Assembly (NCBI GenBank): GCA_038087875.1
Contig: CM075978.1
Coordinates: forward strand, 180,048,001 to 180,112,000
Length of the DNA: 64,000 nucleotides
Source: Malacoraja senta
Lineage: Eukaryota
Direction of reading: 5' to 3'
Shown: positions 37,515 to 52,216 of the stretch, piece after piece
Layout: each line of letters opens with the position of its first letter
Numbering within the stretch: the stretch's first letter is position 1
The notes under the pieces: model-generated
Databases searched by the model: none
Seen by the model: the letters and a program-made list of their open reading frames with translations, nothing else
What the model was told of the DNA's origin: nothing
Position numbers and translations under genes: made by a program

Positions 37515-40500
37515 TTTTTTTTTTTTATTAGAAGTATTGTACAGTACAGTGATCTCAAACAAACATAAAATTATACATTTCTTGTACCACTTCTTATTTT
37601 AAACTTTATAAGAAAAAGGATAGAAAGAGTTAGGAAAGATAGTAAGTGAGTGATTGAAAGAGTGGTCCAGGAACACCCATAGGGACCTAAACCACAAGAA
37701 AGAGTTAAACAAAAGAGAAAAACCGCAAGAAGGAAAAAGAAAAAAAAGTAAGATAAGATAAGACAAGATAAAAGGGATGTACCGATTTCATATCTTTACT
37801 CACCCCTCATCAGGTCCTGAAACCATTTATTATCAACATTTTGTTGCACCCTATATTTGTAATAAGTCGATAAATGGAGACCAAATCTTTTGGAAATGGT
37901 CTGGTTTACCTGCTAAGAGGAATCTCATATCTTCTAGGTGTAACAGTTCTGACATATTAGAAATCCACATTTTTGTCGTTGGCGTGGGAGCGTTTTTCCA
38001 AAATGTCAGTATAAGTTTTTTTGCCGTTATTAAGCCATAATTAAGAAAGCTCTTTTGAAATGAAGTCAGCTCCAAACTGGCTTTGATTGTTCCAAAAATG
38101 ATCAGTTCTGCATTCGGTTTCAGTTTTATTTTAAATAATTTTGTGAAAATTTCAAAGATTTCATTCAAAAAATTTTGCATTTTTGTACAAAAAACAAAAG
38201 AATGTGCTATATTTGCTTCTTGGGTTAGACATTTATCACAGATAGAAGAGACATTTGGGTAAAATTTACTTATTTTAGCTTATGAATAGTATAATCTATG
38301 TAAGATTTTAAATTGAATTAGAATGTGTCTTACGTTAATCGAGCATTTATGCACATATAACAAGTGTTTATCCCAACTCTCTTTCGAGATTTTTATAGCT
38401 AGTTCTTGTTCCCAATCTCTTCTAATCCTATCAGATGATGGTATTTCTATATTTAGGATGGTATTATACAGGTATGATATTAAATTAGTTGATTCCGCTT
38501 TTATGTTCTTTGTCTCCTCTAATAGGTCTGGAGACATATTTTGATATTCTTGTGTATATTTTTTCAAATAGTCACGTATTTGAAAATATTTAAAATATTG
38601 ATTACTATTCAAGTTGTATTTAAGTTGTAGTTGGTGAAATGTTAAAAAAACTTCCATTATCATACATATCTCCAAACGTTTTAATTCCTAATCTATCCCA
38701 GTGTGTAAATGATTTATCTATCGTAGAAGGTTTAAACGAAGGATTATTCATTTTTGGTGAAAGAAGCGATAGATTTCTTAATTTTAAAGTTAATTTTATT
38801 TGTTTCCAAATTCTAATTGTACTATGGATAATTGGATTTTTACTATATATTGTATTCTTCAATTTTGATGGTGAGAGAAGGATCGCTCCTATATTAAAAG
38901 GGGACAAATCCTCTCTCTCCATTACTATCCAATCCACCTGCTGGGCCGAGTTGTCCAACAGGTGAATCATATTTTTGACATTTGCGGCCCAGTAATAATA
39001 CAAAAAATTGGGGAGTGATAATCCGCCAAATTCTTTAGGTTTGCACAAATGTCTTCTTTGAATTCTATGGGATTTATAGTCCCATATAAAATTTGTAATA
39101 TCAGCATCCACTTAAAAAAAAAATCGGTATTGACTGGAATAGATATAAAATTTGCGGTAAAAAAATCATTTTTATAGCATTTATTCGGCTTATTAGAGAC
39201 ATCGGGAGAGTTTTCCAAAATTTAATCAGTATGTTTAGTTTATTGAGTAAGGGCATATAGTTTGCATTAAATAAAGATTTATATTTTCTAGTAATTTCAA
39301 TTCCCAAATATTTGAATTTTTCTGAAACGATTTTAAAAGGGAATTTTAACAGGTGTGTTGGGTCTTGAGGTTTTATCGTCATAATTTCACTTTTATTCCA
39401 ATTTATTCTATATCCTGAAAGGATCCAAATTCCTCTATTAGATTTAATATATTTGGTATACTGATTTGTGATTTTGTAATATATAATAGTACATCATCTG
39501 CATATAATGATATTTTATTATTTGAGTATTTTGTATTATAACCATGGATGTTCGGATGTATTTTAATACTTTCCGCTAACGGTTCTATTACAAGAGCAAA
39601 TAGCAGAGGTGATAATGAACATCCCTGTCTATTTCCCCATGATAATTGAAATTTCGGGGACAACATATTATTAGTTAATATTCTGGCAGTAGGCCTGTCA
39701 TATAATAATTTTACCCAAGCGATAAAATTGTCTCCCATTTGAAATTTTTGCAATACTTTAACAAGGTAATCCCATTCCACTTGATCGAATGCTTTTTCTG
39801 CGTCCAATGAAATAATTGATAAGTCTTGTTCTTCGGTTTTATATGAGTGCATTATATTAAACAGACGTCTCAAATTATTGCATGAGTATCTCTTGGGTAT
39901 AAACCCCATTTGATCCGTATTTATTAATTTACTAACATATTTACTTAATCTTCTAGCTAATGTTTTCGCTAATATTTTTTGATCTGTATTTAACAGCGCA
40001 ATAGCTCTATAGGAACCCGGGTCTTCTAAATCTTTATCTTTTTTAGGTATAAGTGTAATCGTTGATTCCGCTAGTGTTTCTGGAAGTGTATGTTCTTTAA
40101 AAGCATATGTATACATTTTATGTAACCGTGGTGTAATTATCTCGTAGAATCTTTTATAAAATTCATTACTAAAACCATCTGGTCCTGGTGTTTTTCCATT
40201 CTTTAATGAATTTATTGTTTCTTCTATTTCCTTAGTTGAGATTTGTGCACCTAATTCCTCTTGTTCAATCAAATTAAGTTTTGGGAGATTACAATTATCC
40301 AAGAACTCTATAACTTTAGTACTATCTGCTAACGCTTTAGATGTATATAAATTTTGATAAAATTGAGCGAATCTTTTATTAATATCCTTAGGTAGTGTTA
40401 ACAATTCCCCTTTATCTGATTTAATCTTTAAAATCGTATGATCTTTTTCCCATTTTTTCAGTTGTCTGGCCAAAAGTTTGTGTGGTTTATCCCCAAATTC

Positions 40501-41800
40501 AAAATTTTCCTGTTTTGTAATTTGAAATAATCTTATAACATTTGCTGATAATATTTTATTTTATTTAAATTTCAATATTGTTATTTTATTATGTTTATCT
40601 ATAGTTGGCTCTTTAGCGTTATCTAAATCCAATTGTCTAATTCGTTCTTCTAACTGCCTTTGTTCATTCTTATTCTTTTTGTTTAGAAAAGCTTGGTATG
40701 AGATTATAGATCCTCTAATAAATGCTTTGAAAGATTCCCATAGTAAGGTTGGTGAGATCTCTGGGATATCATTAGTCTTGAAAAAAAGTTCCATCTGTTG
40801 TTTTAGATATATTTCCCCTTGTGGATCATTTAGGATTTGAGGGTTAAACCTCCAAAACGATTTATTAGTAGGCATTCCTTCTAATAAAAAAACAAAAAGT
40901 TAACAGGGAGTGATCAGAAATTGTGTACTAGTGTGGTATTTTGGGTTCAATGTATAGGAAATTAATTTTGTATCCACTAGAAAATAGTCGATACGTGAAT
41001 ACGTTTTGTGTACCATTGAATAAAACGAGTATTCCCTTCCAACAGGGTTAGCGATCCTCCAGACATCTGTTATATTTGTATTTTTTATGTATGTATTTAA
41101 AATTTCCCTGGTTTGAGATTTTGTGTTACCCCTGTTCTGTTGTGAAGATTTATCCAAGTATGGATCTAAAACACAGTTAAAGTCTCCCCCAATTATCACA
41201 TTTTGATAAATTGAACTCTGAAATTATATTCAGGATTTTATTAAAGAATTGGGGATTATCAAAATTAGGCACATAAATATTTACCAAGGTAATTGGAGTA
41301 GCATGAATCTCTCCGGTAACTATAAGGTATCTCCCTTCCTTATCTATTATGATATTCTTTGATTTAAATGGTATACCTTTGCGAATAATAATTGCTGTGC
41401 CTCTAGATTTGGAAATATATGAAGATTGGTATGTTTGGCCTATCCAATTTGCCTTCAATCTAGTCTGAGCTTGCAGTTTCAAATGAGTTTCTTGTAAAAA
41501 TATTATGTCCGAATTGAGCTTCAATTGTGCAAAAATCGTACCCCTTTTAATTGGTTCATTAGCACCCCTTATATTCCAACTGCAGATGTGATTCCTCCAA
41601 ATTTCTTTTGTTTATCGTCTTGCATTTTAAATTATTTAATACCTTTGAATCATATGGTGCAATGGATATAATTCAAGATCTTGTGCTCAAATATCTTTCC
41701 TGTCACTATGGTACATACGGAGCCATTCATATTCCACATGGTTATACATAACAGGAACACAACTCCAATAATTAAACATGAATGTGAAAGTGAAATACAA
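37515..41800 (-). mobile_element. L1-clade LINE, near-complete frameshifted ORF2 plus 3'UTR
   Basis: APE (SWNIRG, IFLQETH, NIYVPN, GGDFN, YSRIDY), RT (KTPGPDG, SLDAEKAFD, RQGCSLSPLLF, LYADD) and a C-terminal CSICDKC motif. AATAAA plus poly(A) at about 37515-37529. Confidence 0.93.
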
Positions 41801-41814
41801 CTGTAGATCAGGGA

Positions 41815-42912
41815 ATTAGAGCACATGGTATTGGGGGTAGGGTGTTGACATGGATAGAAAATTGATTGGCAGACCGGATCTCATACAAGAAACTCATTTG
41901 AAACTGCAAGCAAAGAGTAGGAGAGAGGGTTCTTTTCAGAACGGCAGGCAGGCAGTGGCGAGTGGAGTGCTTCAAGGCTCCGTGTTGGGGCCGCAACTGT
42001 TTACCATATATATTAATGATTTGGAAGAGGGAAGAGGGAAGTGTGAACTGTGAAGAGGATGTTAGGAGGTTGCAGGGTGACCTGGACAGGTTGAGTGAGT
42101 GGGCAGATGCATGGCAGATGCAGTATAATATAGATACATGTGAGGTTATCCACTTTGGCAGCAAAAACAAGGGGGCAGATTATTATCTCAATGGGGTTAG
42201 GTTAGGTAAGGGGGAGGTACAGCGAGACCTGGGTGTCCTTGTACACCGGTCACTGAAAGTTGGCGTGCAGGTACAGCAGGCAGTGAAGAAAGCTAATGGA
42301 ATGTTGGCCTTCATAACAAGAGGATTTCAGTATAGGAGTAAAGAGGTTCTTCTGCAGTTGTATAGGGCTCTGGTGAGACCACATCTGGAGCATTGTGTAC
42401 AGTTTTGGTCTCCTAATTTGAGGAAGGACATCCTTGTGATTGAGGCAGTGCAGCGTAGGTTCACGAGATTGATCCCTGGGATGGCGGGACTGTCATATGA
42501 GGAAATATTGAAAAGACTAGGCTTGTATTCACTGGAGTTTAGAAGGATGAGGGGGAATCTTATAGAAACATATAAAAGTATAAAAGGACTGAACAAACTA
42601 GATGCAGGAAAAATGTTCCCAATGTTGGGCGAGTCCAGAACCAGGGGCCACAGTCTCAGAATAAAGGGGAGGTCATTTAAGACTGAGGTGAGAAAAAACT
42701 TTTACAGAGATTTGTGAATTTATGGAATTCCCTGCCACAGAGGACAGTGGAGGCCAAATCACTGGATGGATTTAAGAGTTAGATAGAGCTCTAGGTACTA
42801 GTGGAGTCAAGGGATATGGGGAGAAGGCAGGCACGGGTTATTGATAGGGGACGATCAGCCATGATCACCATGAATGGTCAAATGGCCTCCTGCACCTATT
42901 TTCTATGTTTCT
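41815..42912 (+). mobile_element. 5'-truncated CR1 LINE
   Basis: GVLQGSVLGPQLF and RPHLEHCVQFWSP; 3'UTR ending cctattttctatgtttct. Confidence 0.9.
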
Positions 42913-43169
42913 AATGGGGCAGGGGCAGAGAGATGGTAGTAGTATAAATTCAGTTATCGCATGTGGTTAACTAGAGACTGCAGATAACAAAGCCCATAAG
43001 AATTAAAAAAAAAATCAACATTCTTGAATCTAAAACTTTTTTTCCAGCAGATTTAGCACTGTCATTGAGTCATTCAACATGGAGACAAGCCATGCAACTC
43101 AACTCGTCCATGCTGACCAAAGTTCCCATCTACACGTCCATTTTGCCTGTGTTTGCCCCCATATGGGCA

Positions 43170-44070
43170 GATAGAAACATAAAAAATAGGTGCAGGAGTA
43201 GGCCATTTGGCCCTTCGAGCCTGCACCGCTATTCAATATGATCATGGCTGATGGGGCTCATCAGCCTGGAAAGGCAGTCCATCTAGGAGAGGGAAAACTC
43301 TGATTTAAAATCTCCACTTCCTTGTGGCCATATCCAGTCATGGAAAAGGCTCCAGGAGTAAACCTCAAGAAAATCTGGAGTCGGAGCCCCTAAGGCAGTT
43401 CGTCGTTGTCTACAACCTCGCTCTGGCAGCTCCTGCGACAGCGCTGGTGCCAAACTGTAACAGCCCTGCTGTTCCTTTGGATCGATCAGCGACGTGGTGA
43501 GGGGGGACGTGCTGCATGGGCAACAGCCTGTCCTCCGTATGACATCGCCCAGGCTTGCATCTGACCAGGATGCATCACCCATGGTCAGTCATGACCGAGG
43601 GGGGCCTAAGCCCCCACATCCCTCGAACCCTTACCCATCCATTTACCTGTCCAAATATTTGTTAAATATGGTTAATATTCCTGCCTCAACCACTTCCTCT
43701 GGCTGCTTACTCCATATACCCAAACCTTTTGTGTGAGAAGGTTGTCACTGAGGTTCCTATTCAATCTAACGCCTCTCACCTTAAACCTATGCCCTCTAGG
43801 GAAAACCTTGTAAAAAAAAATGTGCATTCACTTTTTCTATTCCCCTTTTGATTTTATACACCTGTGTAAGTACACCCTAAATTGCCTATGCCTCAAGGAA
43901 TAAAGTCCTAGCCTGCTGAACCTTCAGTCTTAGCAACATTGTCATGTATTTTTCTGTAGTTGTTCCAGCAAAATGTCATCTTTCCTATAGCGAAAATACT
44001 GCAAGTGTGGTCTCAGCAAAGTCTTGTAAAACTGCAACGTAATTTCCCAACTTCTATACTCAATGCCCTT
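43170..44070 (-). mobile_element. Degenerate CR1 3' end split by an unrelated insertion of about 340 bp (43255-43590)
   Basis: The CR1 3'UTR in reverse orientation lies on both sides of the insert. The insert's family is not identified with confidence. Confidence 0.6.
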
Positions 44071-46862
44071 ACAGAGAAAGGAGAGCACGCTGAAAGCCGA
44101 TTAACTTATGTTTTTACATTTTATTGTCTGCATATTTTAATGTTTTTCTGATTAAACAAGATTTGTTCCAGATTTTATTAAATGAAAATATGCAAGAGTG
44201 GCACAAAGTTACTGGCAAACAATATGCCACTGATTATTAGGCCTTTCTATTTATTAGAATGGGCAAGAGATGTTGGCCTTTACAGTGACACCCACATCAC
44301 TGGAAATGAACAAAGAAAAAAACTGAATTTATGTCTGAGGTGTTATTTTAAAACAAAGAATGTGTAAAAAAAAATCTTTGGCTGTATGGAGGAAATGAAG
44401 CTTCCTGAAAGCAAATGTAGTGGTGGAGGTATTTCGGACAAGCAAGAGATAATGGAGAATTTCACAGGATGAAAGACAATAGATTCAATAAAAGATAAAA
44501 GGCAAGATATGTTGATTTATAAGGACAATAATGATGAAACAATCAAACAATATCCAAATTAAAGTTTAAAAAGGATAGAGACCAGCATGAGGGTGGAGGT
44601 TTAGGGGAGGAGCCAGGCTTTCAACCAGAAATTTTCATCGAAATATTCACTACCTTTTAAATATATAAAAGGTGCACCCGTGGAATAATGTCTGTCTGGT
44701 GTTCAAATGTGCAAAACCAGTGGGCTGCATTGTTTCTGATATAATCATCAGTATTAACACAGATTGGCAATATATTATTTTAATTTTGCTTAACTATTAA
44801 GGGATTAGCAGCACAGTGAAATTACAAACTGTAAAAAGCTAGCAGGGCCTCCTCAGTCACAAACACTCACAGCAACGATTGTGATAAAGCGATGGTTTAG
44901 TCTTGAGGAAATAACGAACAGCAGAGGAAACACTTGATTGATCACTCGTCGTTTTCTCTGTTTTTAATCCTTGCACATGAGTTCAATGGTAGAAACAATT
45001 ATAAAGTGGAGCCATGTTTAATATGCAAGTAGGCCAGGACACTATAAATGTACTTCTTGTATATTGCTCTAACTGAACAATAAAATGTGATAATTAGTCA
45101 ATTAATGTCAGAGGGTTTCAATTAAATGGTATAAAGATGTTGTGTTTGTTTGGAAGGCTGTACTTTTCTGTACAGGCATGAATTCTCTGCAAGATTCCAC
45201 ATTCTGATGAATAAGATAAACCAGAAATAATTCATAACTTGATCACTTTCATTCATGAAGCCAGAAAAGAACAAGACAATTAATTTGGGAAATATGAAAA
45301 GGATTGCAGCATTGAGGTGCAAATTGTTTTTGGTGCTCAGCAGCTCATCGGCCAACCGGAAATTTTTACATCTCCATTTTAAAACACAAAGCATTTTCTT
45401 TTGCTGCACAAAACAGAAGTTCCGTCACGCACTTAAGAAATAATAATAAATCAAAGCTAACTTTTCTTCAATTTAATACTCCAAACTTGCCGTGAATATG
45501 AAAGTAGCCTTAATTGTATTAAGAAACATGAGCTATGGCCCAAGATTACTCAAAATTTTGATAAGTTTTTATGTCAGAAGATTGGAGGTGGGAAGGAACA
45601 TAATGAACTCGAAAAACTGGAGTAATTTTTACGAATCACTTTCTTTTATTAGCTGATACCTAGCGTCATGTACCCCTGATATTCAATGCTATTACCATCT
45701 TTAAATGCCCCACCATCAACATCCTGAAGGTCACCTTTGAGCATAAATTCAACTGAACCATAGATAAACAATGTGCCTACAAAGCAGGCCAGATGGTGGA
45801 TATCCTGTGGTAACTTGCTTGCACTCCTAACATCCGAGTTCTTTTTAGCACTTACAAAGCACAAGTTAGGAGTGCGATGGAATACTCTTCACTTGTCTGG
45901 CAATTGCAGCTGCCACAATTACCAACAATCCTTCTTGTTGAACAACAATTTGAAGTCGTAAAGACAAAATATTCCGTGGCTGTGGACTCTCCATCCCAAA
46001 CTTGGCTTGTAGCACGTGTGTTGGCTGACTCTTGAAAGTGAGTCCATGGCTGATAGTGAGTGAACCAACACAACCAATAAAATCACATTACCTCACTCTC
46101 GCCAATTCACCTGTGGCAGATACATCTGTTCATGATAGCATTGGTAGAAGTGTACACAGCGTGAACTTTATGGAGACAGATCCTACTATCATTACTTACA
46201 TGCCGGCATTCAACACTAGTTGAATGGGGAATGCAGAAGGACATGCCAAGAGCAGTACTAGGCAAAATCAAAAATGATGATATCTTAGCTTTGTGAAGCT
46301 GCAATGTTGGTCTACAATTGTGTTAAACAACAAATGCAGCATGTAATTAATGGAGCTGAACAGTCCCACACAAATCAATCAGATGAAAGTTCTGCAAATC
46401 CCACAAAATCTAGTTGTAAGTGAAGCTGCATCTCAATAATGACATCCCTAACACATGAATGCTAGACATGGCCAAAGCTTTCAAGCTATGTTCAATCAAA
46501 AATGGCAAACTGATGGCTTTGACTTCCTCCTAAAATCCCCTTCATCACAAAAACCAATCTTCATCATTTTAGTTCTCTCCACATAACAGCAATAAATATC
46601 CGAGAGCAGTAAATACACTGAATACTTTGCTTTAAAATGCACTCTGTCTAAGCTGAAAACTCAATGTCTATTGTGGAAGTGTCCAATTTGCAATACTTAT
46701 TCCTATTACAATGTACAGCTCAGAAAAAAAACATAACAATTTTTTTATCTGAAGTCCGGCTATTACAGAGTTATGAATGATTAATTTACAATAACCTTTT
46801 TGCATGTTATAATTAGTGAATCAATGCAACACTAAAATCATTGAAAAGAGATTGTCCCTTAC

Positions 46863-46967
46863 CTTTGCAGAGTTTATAACTGGCTATTGCTACAATAATC
46901 AGAAGCAGTGGAAACATTACTCCACAAAGAGAAATCCACCAAGGTAAAGTAGTTATTGGACTGACGT
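46863..46967 (-). CDS. Exon 4: stalk and transmembrane segment
   Basis: Acceptor ctttccag| at 46968 and donor AAAG|gtaagg at 46862, phase 1-1. Encodes VSPITTLPWWISLCGVMFPLLLIIVAIASYKLCK, a hydrophobic helix followed by basic residues, with no charged residue in the TM core. Confidence 0.88.
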
Positions 46968-47499
46968 CTGGAAAGCAGATATAAAACAAAAATAAAATCA
47001 CGTACTCTCAAGATAAATGATGATTCAGGAGGTTACGACATTCTGAGGGCTCTGCATAAAACTATATTATAAAGTAAATCTGCTTGTGCAAAAACAGCAC
47101 TAATGTTCAAACCAATATTCAAACCAACAGAAACAAATAGTGTGATTAAGCTCATTTAAAACATAATACCTCATCAACCTAACGTATAAAGAGTTTTGAG
47201 AATCTCTGTCCAATTACTGGTTGGTGGGGTTCAAAACCTTTGAGTTAACTAATGGAGTTATTTTAAACTGTTATAATGTGAAAAATACAGAACAAATTCT
47301 TCACACAAAATTTAAGCAATTAAATATTTGACCAATTAATACATTTTATGAATGTTAGAACACAGAATGGAATAGCACTGAATAGGCCGTTGCCCCATGA
47401 TGTCTGTGCTGAGCTTGATACCAAATTAAACTAAAACCTTCTGCCTGCATATGATCCATATCCCTCCAGTCGAAACTCTGTCTTAGTCTTCTGGTTTAG

Positions 47500-48830
47500 C
47501 TACCATGAGATAATAAGGTGCCATCATTGTTCTGAGATGCAAGGGAATCTGGGTGCATGAACTGCAAACATCTAGTATTCAGGTGCAGCAAGTAATTCAC
47601 AAAGCTGTCAGAACATTTTATTTTATTATATTTTATTGCTGGGGGAATTGAATACAAGAGTGGGAAGACCTAGATTGATTTACATCGGACATTGATGAAC
47701 CACATCTGGAGAATCTAGTCCAGTAATGGCTTCCTTGTTTAAGTAAAGACTAATATGACAGAAGTAGTTCAGAGAACTTTTACTGGACTAATGCGTGCCT
47801 TACAGGAAAAGGTTTTGTGTCTGCTGCGATTCAACAGAGTGAGAAGGGTCCTGATTGACAAATGTAAAATCATGAGAAGTCTTGACAGGGTGGAAATGGA
47901 AAGGATATTTCCTCACAGAATGATTAGTTGTGACTGTTTAAAATAAAGGATCACACATTGAAGGCAGACAAGTGGAATTTTTCATTCTCTCCACTGGCTG
48001 AAAGCTTTGGCAAACTCTTCCTTTAAGGGGAATGGAAACAGAGTTAATATTTTTAAAGCAGAACGAGGCAAATACTAATTCACTAATGGGCTGAAATGTT
48101 TACGGGTTGCAAGCATGGATTTGTTAAGGGCATATCATATTTAAATAATTTGAGATAACAGATAGAGTTAATGAAAGTAATGCAGTTCTATGTGATGAAG
48201 CACAATCCTTAAAAGGAGACAATAAAAAAATTATGGTTTGCAAAGTAAAAGATAACAAGAGCAATGTAATGAATGGATTTCTGACTTAAATTGTTAATAG
48301 TGGTGCTTCTAGGTGTCAGTTTAGGATCATTGTTTTTTTTATAATCTATTTTAATAACCTAGAATTAGGACGTCAAGCCAAAATTTCTAAATTTGCAGAT
48401 GGCATAAAACTTGGTGTATTGTGATTAACAAAGGAGATGGGGATATATTGCAGCCAGATATAAACCAGCTGGTGATAGATGAAGTTTAATGTGGAGAAAT
48501 ATGCATGATGCAATTTGCTGTGAAGAATGAGGAGAGGCAAGGGAGAGAAAAGGATACTTTTCAAAATGGGGTGCAGGAGAAGGGGGATGTGTGCATAAAT
48601 CATTAAACATGATTGGGGAAGTTAAGTAAGTGGATAATAAGGCAAACACAATACTGTGCCTTATCAGTAAAGACAGAGTATGAAAGCAGGAATGTATGCT
48701 GAATCTGTATAAAATTCTTGTTTGACAGCTGGAAATATGATACTAATTTCTAGTGACCACATTATCGGAAGGATGTGAAGATGTTAAACAAAATTGGTTC
48801 CCAGCGCTATAATCATGACAGAAGTTTAGA
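47500..48830 (+). mobile_element. Old degenerate CR1-like fragments
   Basis: Decayed VQRTFT/QGSVLG/KF..D.KL-type segments at about 47500-47960 and 48260-48830. Confidence 0.55.
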
Positions 48831-48844
48831 ATGAATTGGACTGT

Positions 48845-49168
48845 TTTGATTGATTGTTTGATTGACTGAAAGTACAGCATAAAAACTGGCCATTCAGCCC
48901 ACCAAGTCCATGCCAACAGTCGATCACCCATTCACACCAGCTCTGCATTATCCCACTTTCGCATCCACTCTCTATATATTAGGGGCAATTTACAGAAGCC
49001 AATTAACCGAAAAACCTGGACGTATTTAGGATGTGACTGAAAAATGGAGCACCCAGAAGAAACCCATACAATCACAGGGAGAACATTCAAACTACACATG
49101 GACCTGAGGTCAGGTTCAAAACTGAGATTCTGGTGCTGTGAGACAGCAACTTTACAAGCTGTGCCATC
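48845..49168 (-). mobile_element. tRNA-derived V-SINE (HE1-like)
   Basis: Homologous to 34964-35265, with a (tgat)n tail. Confidence 0.75.
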
Positions 49169-50014
49169 CTTTCTTTGGAGAAGAGAAGGCCGAGGGGAGA
49201 TTTGATGGAAATATATAAATCGATGAAGGCTAGAAAATGTATCGAGAGAGTGAAACCAAAGACCAAAGGGCTGTCATAGATAATGGGGAAAGAGAATGCA
49301 CTTCCTATGGATGTAATGGAAGCAGGTTCTGCTATATCATCAAAGAGATGAATTGTATTAACCTATGCTGCAGAAAAAAAATGCAATGCTGGAGAGACTA
49401 GTGATTTGTTCTGGTAAAAAATCAGCACACACATGATGGGCTAAAAGGGCTCCTTGTGTGATGTAATTATTCTATGATTCTGTGGCATATTGATCACATG
49501 TATAGAATGAGTAAGTAACTGAGACTTGAAAATAATCATAAATCCATGGATGCTGGAAATCTGAAGTAAAAATACTAGTAGCACACTGCAGAACAGGCAG
49601 CATCTATGGAAAGAGAAAGAGAAGTAACCTTTCAGGTTGGAGATCATTCTTAACTCTATGTATCTTTCCACAAATGCTGGCTGAGCTGCAGAGTTTTTCC
49701 AATACTTTCTGTTTTTAACTTAAGATATCTCATCAGTTAAATAATTGTGCAAAAACACATCAGCAAAGGATTACACCCAGGGCAATATTGAATAAAATTG
49801 GACCTTAAGAAGTAGTGTAAAGTCATGTCACAGAGCTTAGCAGCTGCAGCTGGTGTGTACTGCTATTAATCTAAAACACTCCATGCAAACCCAGTTTCTG
49901 AAAATTCAGATTTTAACTCATCGCCTGCTAGGTATTATTACAACAAAAAATTCAACCCGACACAGTGTAATCATATACAAATTAAATTCTTTGTCAAAAG
50001 AGGGATGTTTCTAC

Positions 50015-50305
50015 CTGCAAGGTTGACAGTATAAGTGACCGAAGCTGGAGCTTGGAGCGTGGAGTGAGACACTTTACATGTGTAGATAGTTCCTTCCTGC
50101 GGTGGCTGTGGGTCGTGCAAATAGCTGGAGGCTTCAGTTAGACTCTCTGCATTAAGCTGATGGTTTGTTTTTACTCCATTCATAATTGTTTGACCATCTC
50201 TATACCAAGACAAGCTGTAGTCTGCAGGATAGAACCCAGAGGTTTTGCACAGCAGAGAACCATCCGCATCTTGTGATTTCAAAATCTTCATTGGTTCTGG
50301 GGAAG
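50015..50305 (-). CDS. Exon 3: C1-set Ig domain
   Basis: Acceptor ttttctacag| at 50306 and donor GCAG|gtaga at 50014, phase 1-1, 291 nt. Contains LLCKTSGFYPADYSLSW and YTCKVSH, canonical C1-set signatures. Confidence 0.93.
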
Positions 50306-52186
50306 CTGTAGAAAATGTTAAAGATAACATATGTTCTGATTTCAATATTGCAAACAAGATGTGAACCGATATATTTGTCTGGTGTACATCGGAATATGTT
50401 AGTATATTCCCTTTTCTAATATTTCATTCCTCCATTATTAAAAGGGACTATTCGCTGGCATGTCTGATCTATAGAACATTTTGGTATAATAATCTGACAC
50501 CATCTTGTACAAAAATATTATAATGGGGACTTCACGGCAAGAGGGCCTGAAAACACCGGACTGGCTGCAAGGCCACAAATAGGCCTCGACCTTGGGTGGT
50601 CACAGAGGAAGAGGACTAAACATTCTGGTGCCTTTCCCCAGTGGAAAATTTTGATTCTGTTGTGGGGGGTCGTTTGTGTTGAACTCTATAATGTGTTGTG
50701 TCAATTTTTCTTTTTAAATCTTTTTCTATGGATGTACGGAAACTTATTATTTATTTTATGTAAAGCTCTTTGGTTTCAACGCGGGTTGATTTAAAACGTG
50801 CTATATAAATAAAACTTACTTACTTACTTATTGGATAAATATGTTCTGTTCTGCACTGTAAAGATCTATGTGGATATAAAATTAAAAACTGACCCAATCA
50901 TGATGAATCCAAATTAAGTATGAGCTTGCCTACTTATATTTTACGCCTACATTAACGAAAAGGAGACGACCTGGTGCATTTGCTGGAAATGGGAAAGGAA
51001 GAAGCTATCCTGCACACTTAATGATTTTGTTCAACAAAAGTGTAGGTACATACTCAAGTGAATCAGCCTGAACTGAATAAAGTACTGTGCTAGGTTGGCA
51101 CATAATGAGATGCCCTGGCCTAAACCCAAATATAGGTTGTGTAGTCTGAATTCCAATTATGCCTGTCTTGCACTTAAATATAATGTGTTCCTTTTGTGGA
51201 AATTAATCCATTGTTAAAGGAGGCAGCTACCATTCTCTCATCAAATAGCTGAGACATAAAAACAGCTTTTTTCCCCCACGAGTAATAGCTCTACTCAATA
51301 ACCAAAAATCTGTAGCCTCCTTTGGCTGTGGTATTTTATTTAATTCACATGTTTAATCGATAAGGTTTTATTGTTAATGTTGACTGTTTTATGTGTCATT
51401 CTTAATTGTCAGTGTATGTCATGTTGTCACTTGCGCGCGGAGTACCAAGGCAAATTCCTTGCATGTGAACTTACTTCGCCAATAAACTTATTCACTCATT
51501 CATCAAAAAATTCCATTGTCAGGTAATATTCATGTCTCTATTAAAACAAAGCTTGTCAGAGTAAAAGCTTGTATTTGGCAACAGAACAGCAGCATTACAA
51601 TAATAAGCTAGTTTCTACAAAATGTAACAACATTTTTTAAATGAATTTTGATGCTTGTACAGTGCATAAGCTTTATGCAGTTCACCGTCGAAGGCATCTA
51701 CACAAGGCACTTCTTCAAGAAGACAGCATCTATCATCGATGATTTCCACCAAATGGCTCATGCTCTCTTTTCTCTGCTACTGTCAGACAGGAGGTACAGA
51801 ACACTAATGTGTAGGAAAGAACTGCAGATGGTGGTTTAAATTGAAGATAGACACAAAATGCTGGAGTATGTGAGGAACAGGCAGCATCTCTGGAGATAAG
51901 GAATGGGTGATGTTTTGGGACGAGACCCTTCTTGTACAGAACACTAAATTCCCACACCACCAGGTTCAGGAACAGCTATTTTCCTACACCATCAAGTCTT
52001 GAAATGGCCTTCATGATCTTAATCCTTCCTCAGCAGCGAAACGCGACAGTCCACCTCTTGCACAACAATGGACTTGATTTTATATCTGTGTAAGAAAGAA
52101 CTGCAGATGCTGGTAAAATCGAAGGTAGACACAAAATGCTGGAGTAACTCAGCGGGTGAGGCAGCATCTATGCAGAGAAGGAATGT

Positions 52187-52216
52187 GTGACATTTCGGGT
52201 CGAGACCCTTCTTCAG
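52187..52216 (-). ncRNA. Minimal hammerhead ribozyme motif
   Basis: Minus strand reads CTGAAGAagggtctcgacccGAAAtGTCac. Confidence 0.55.
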
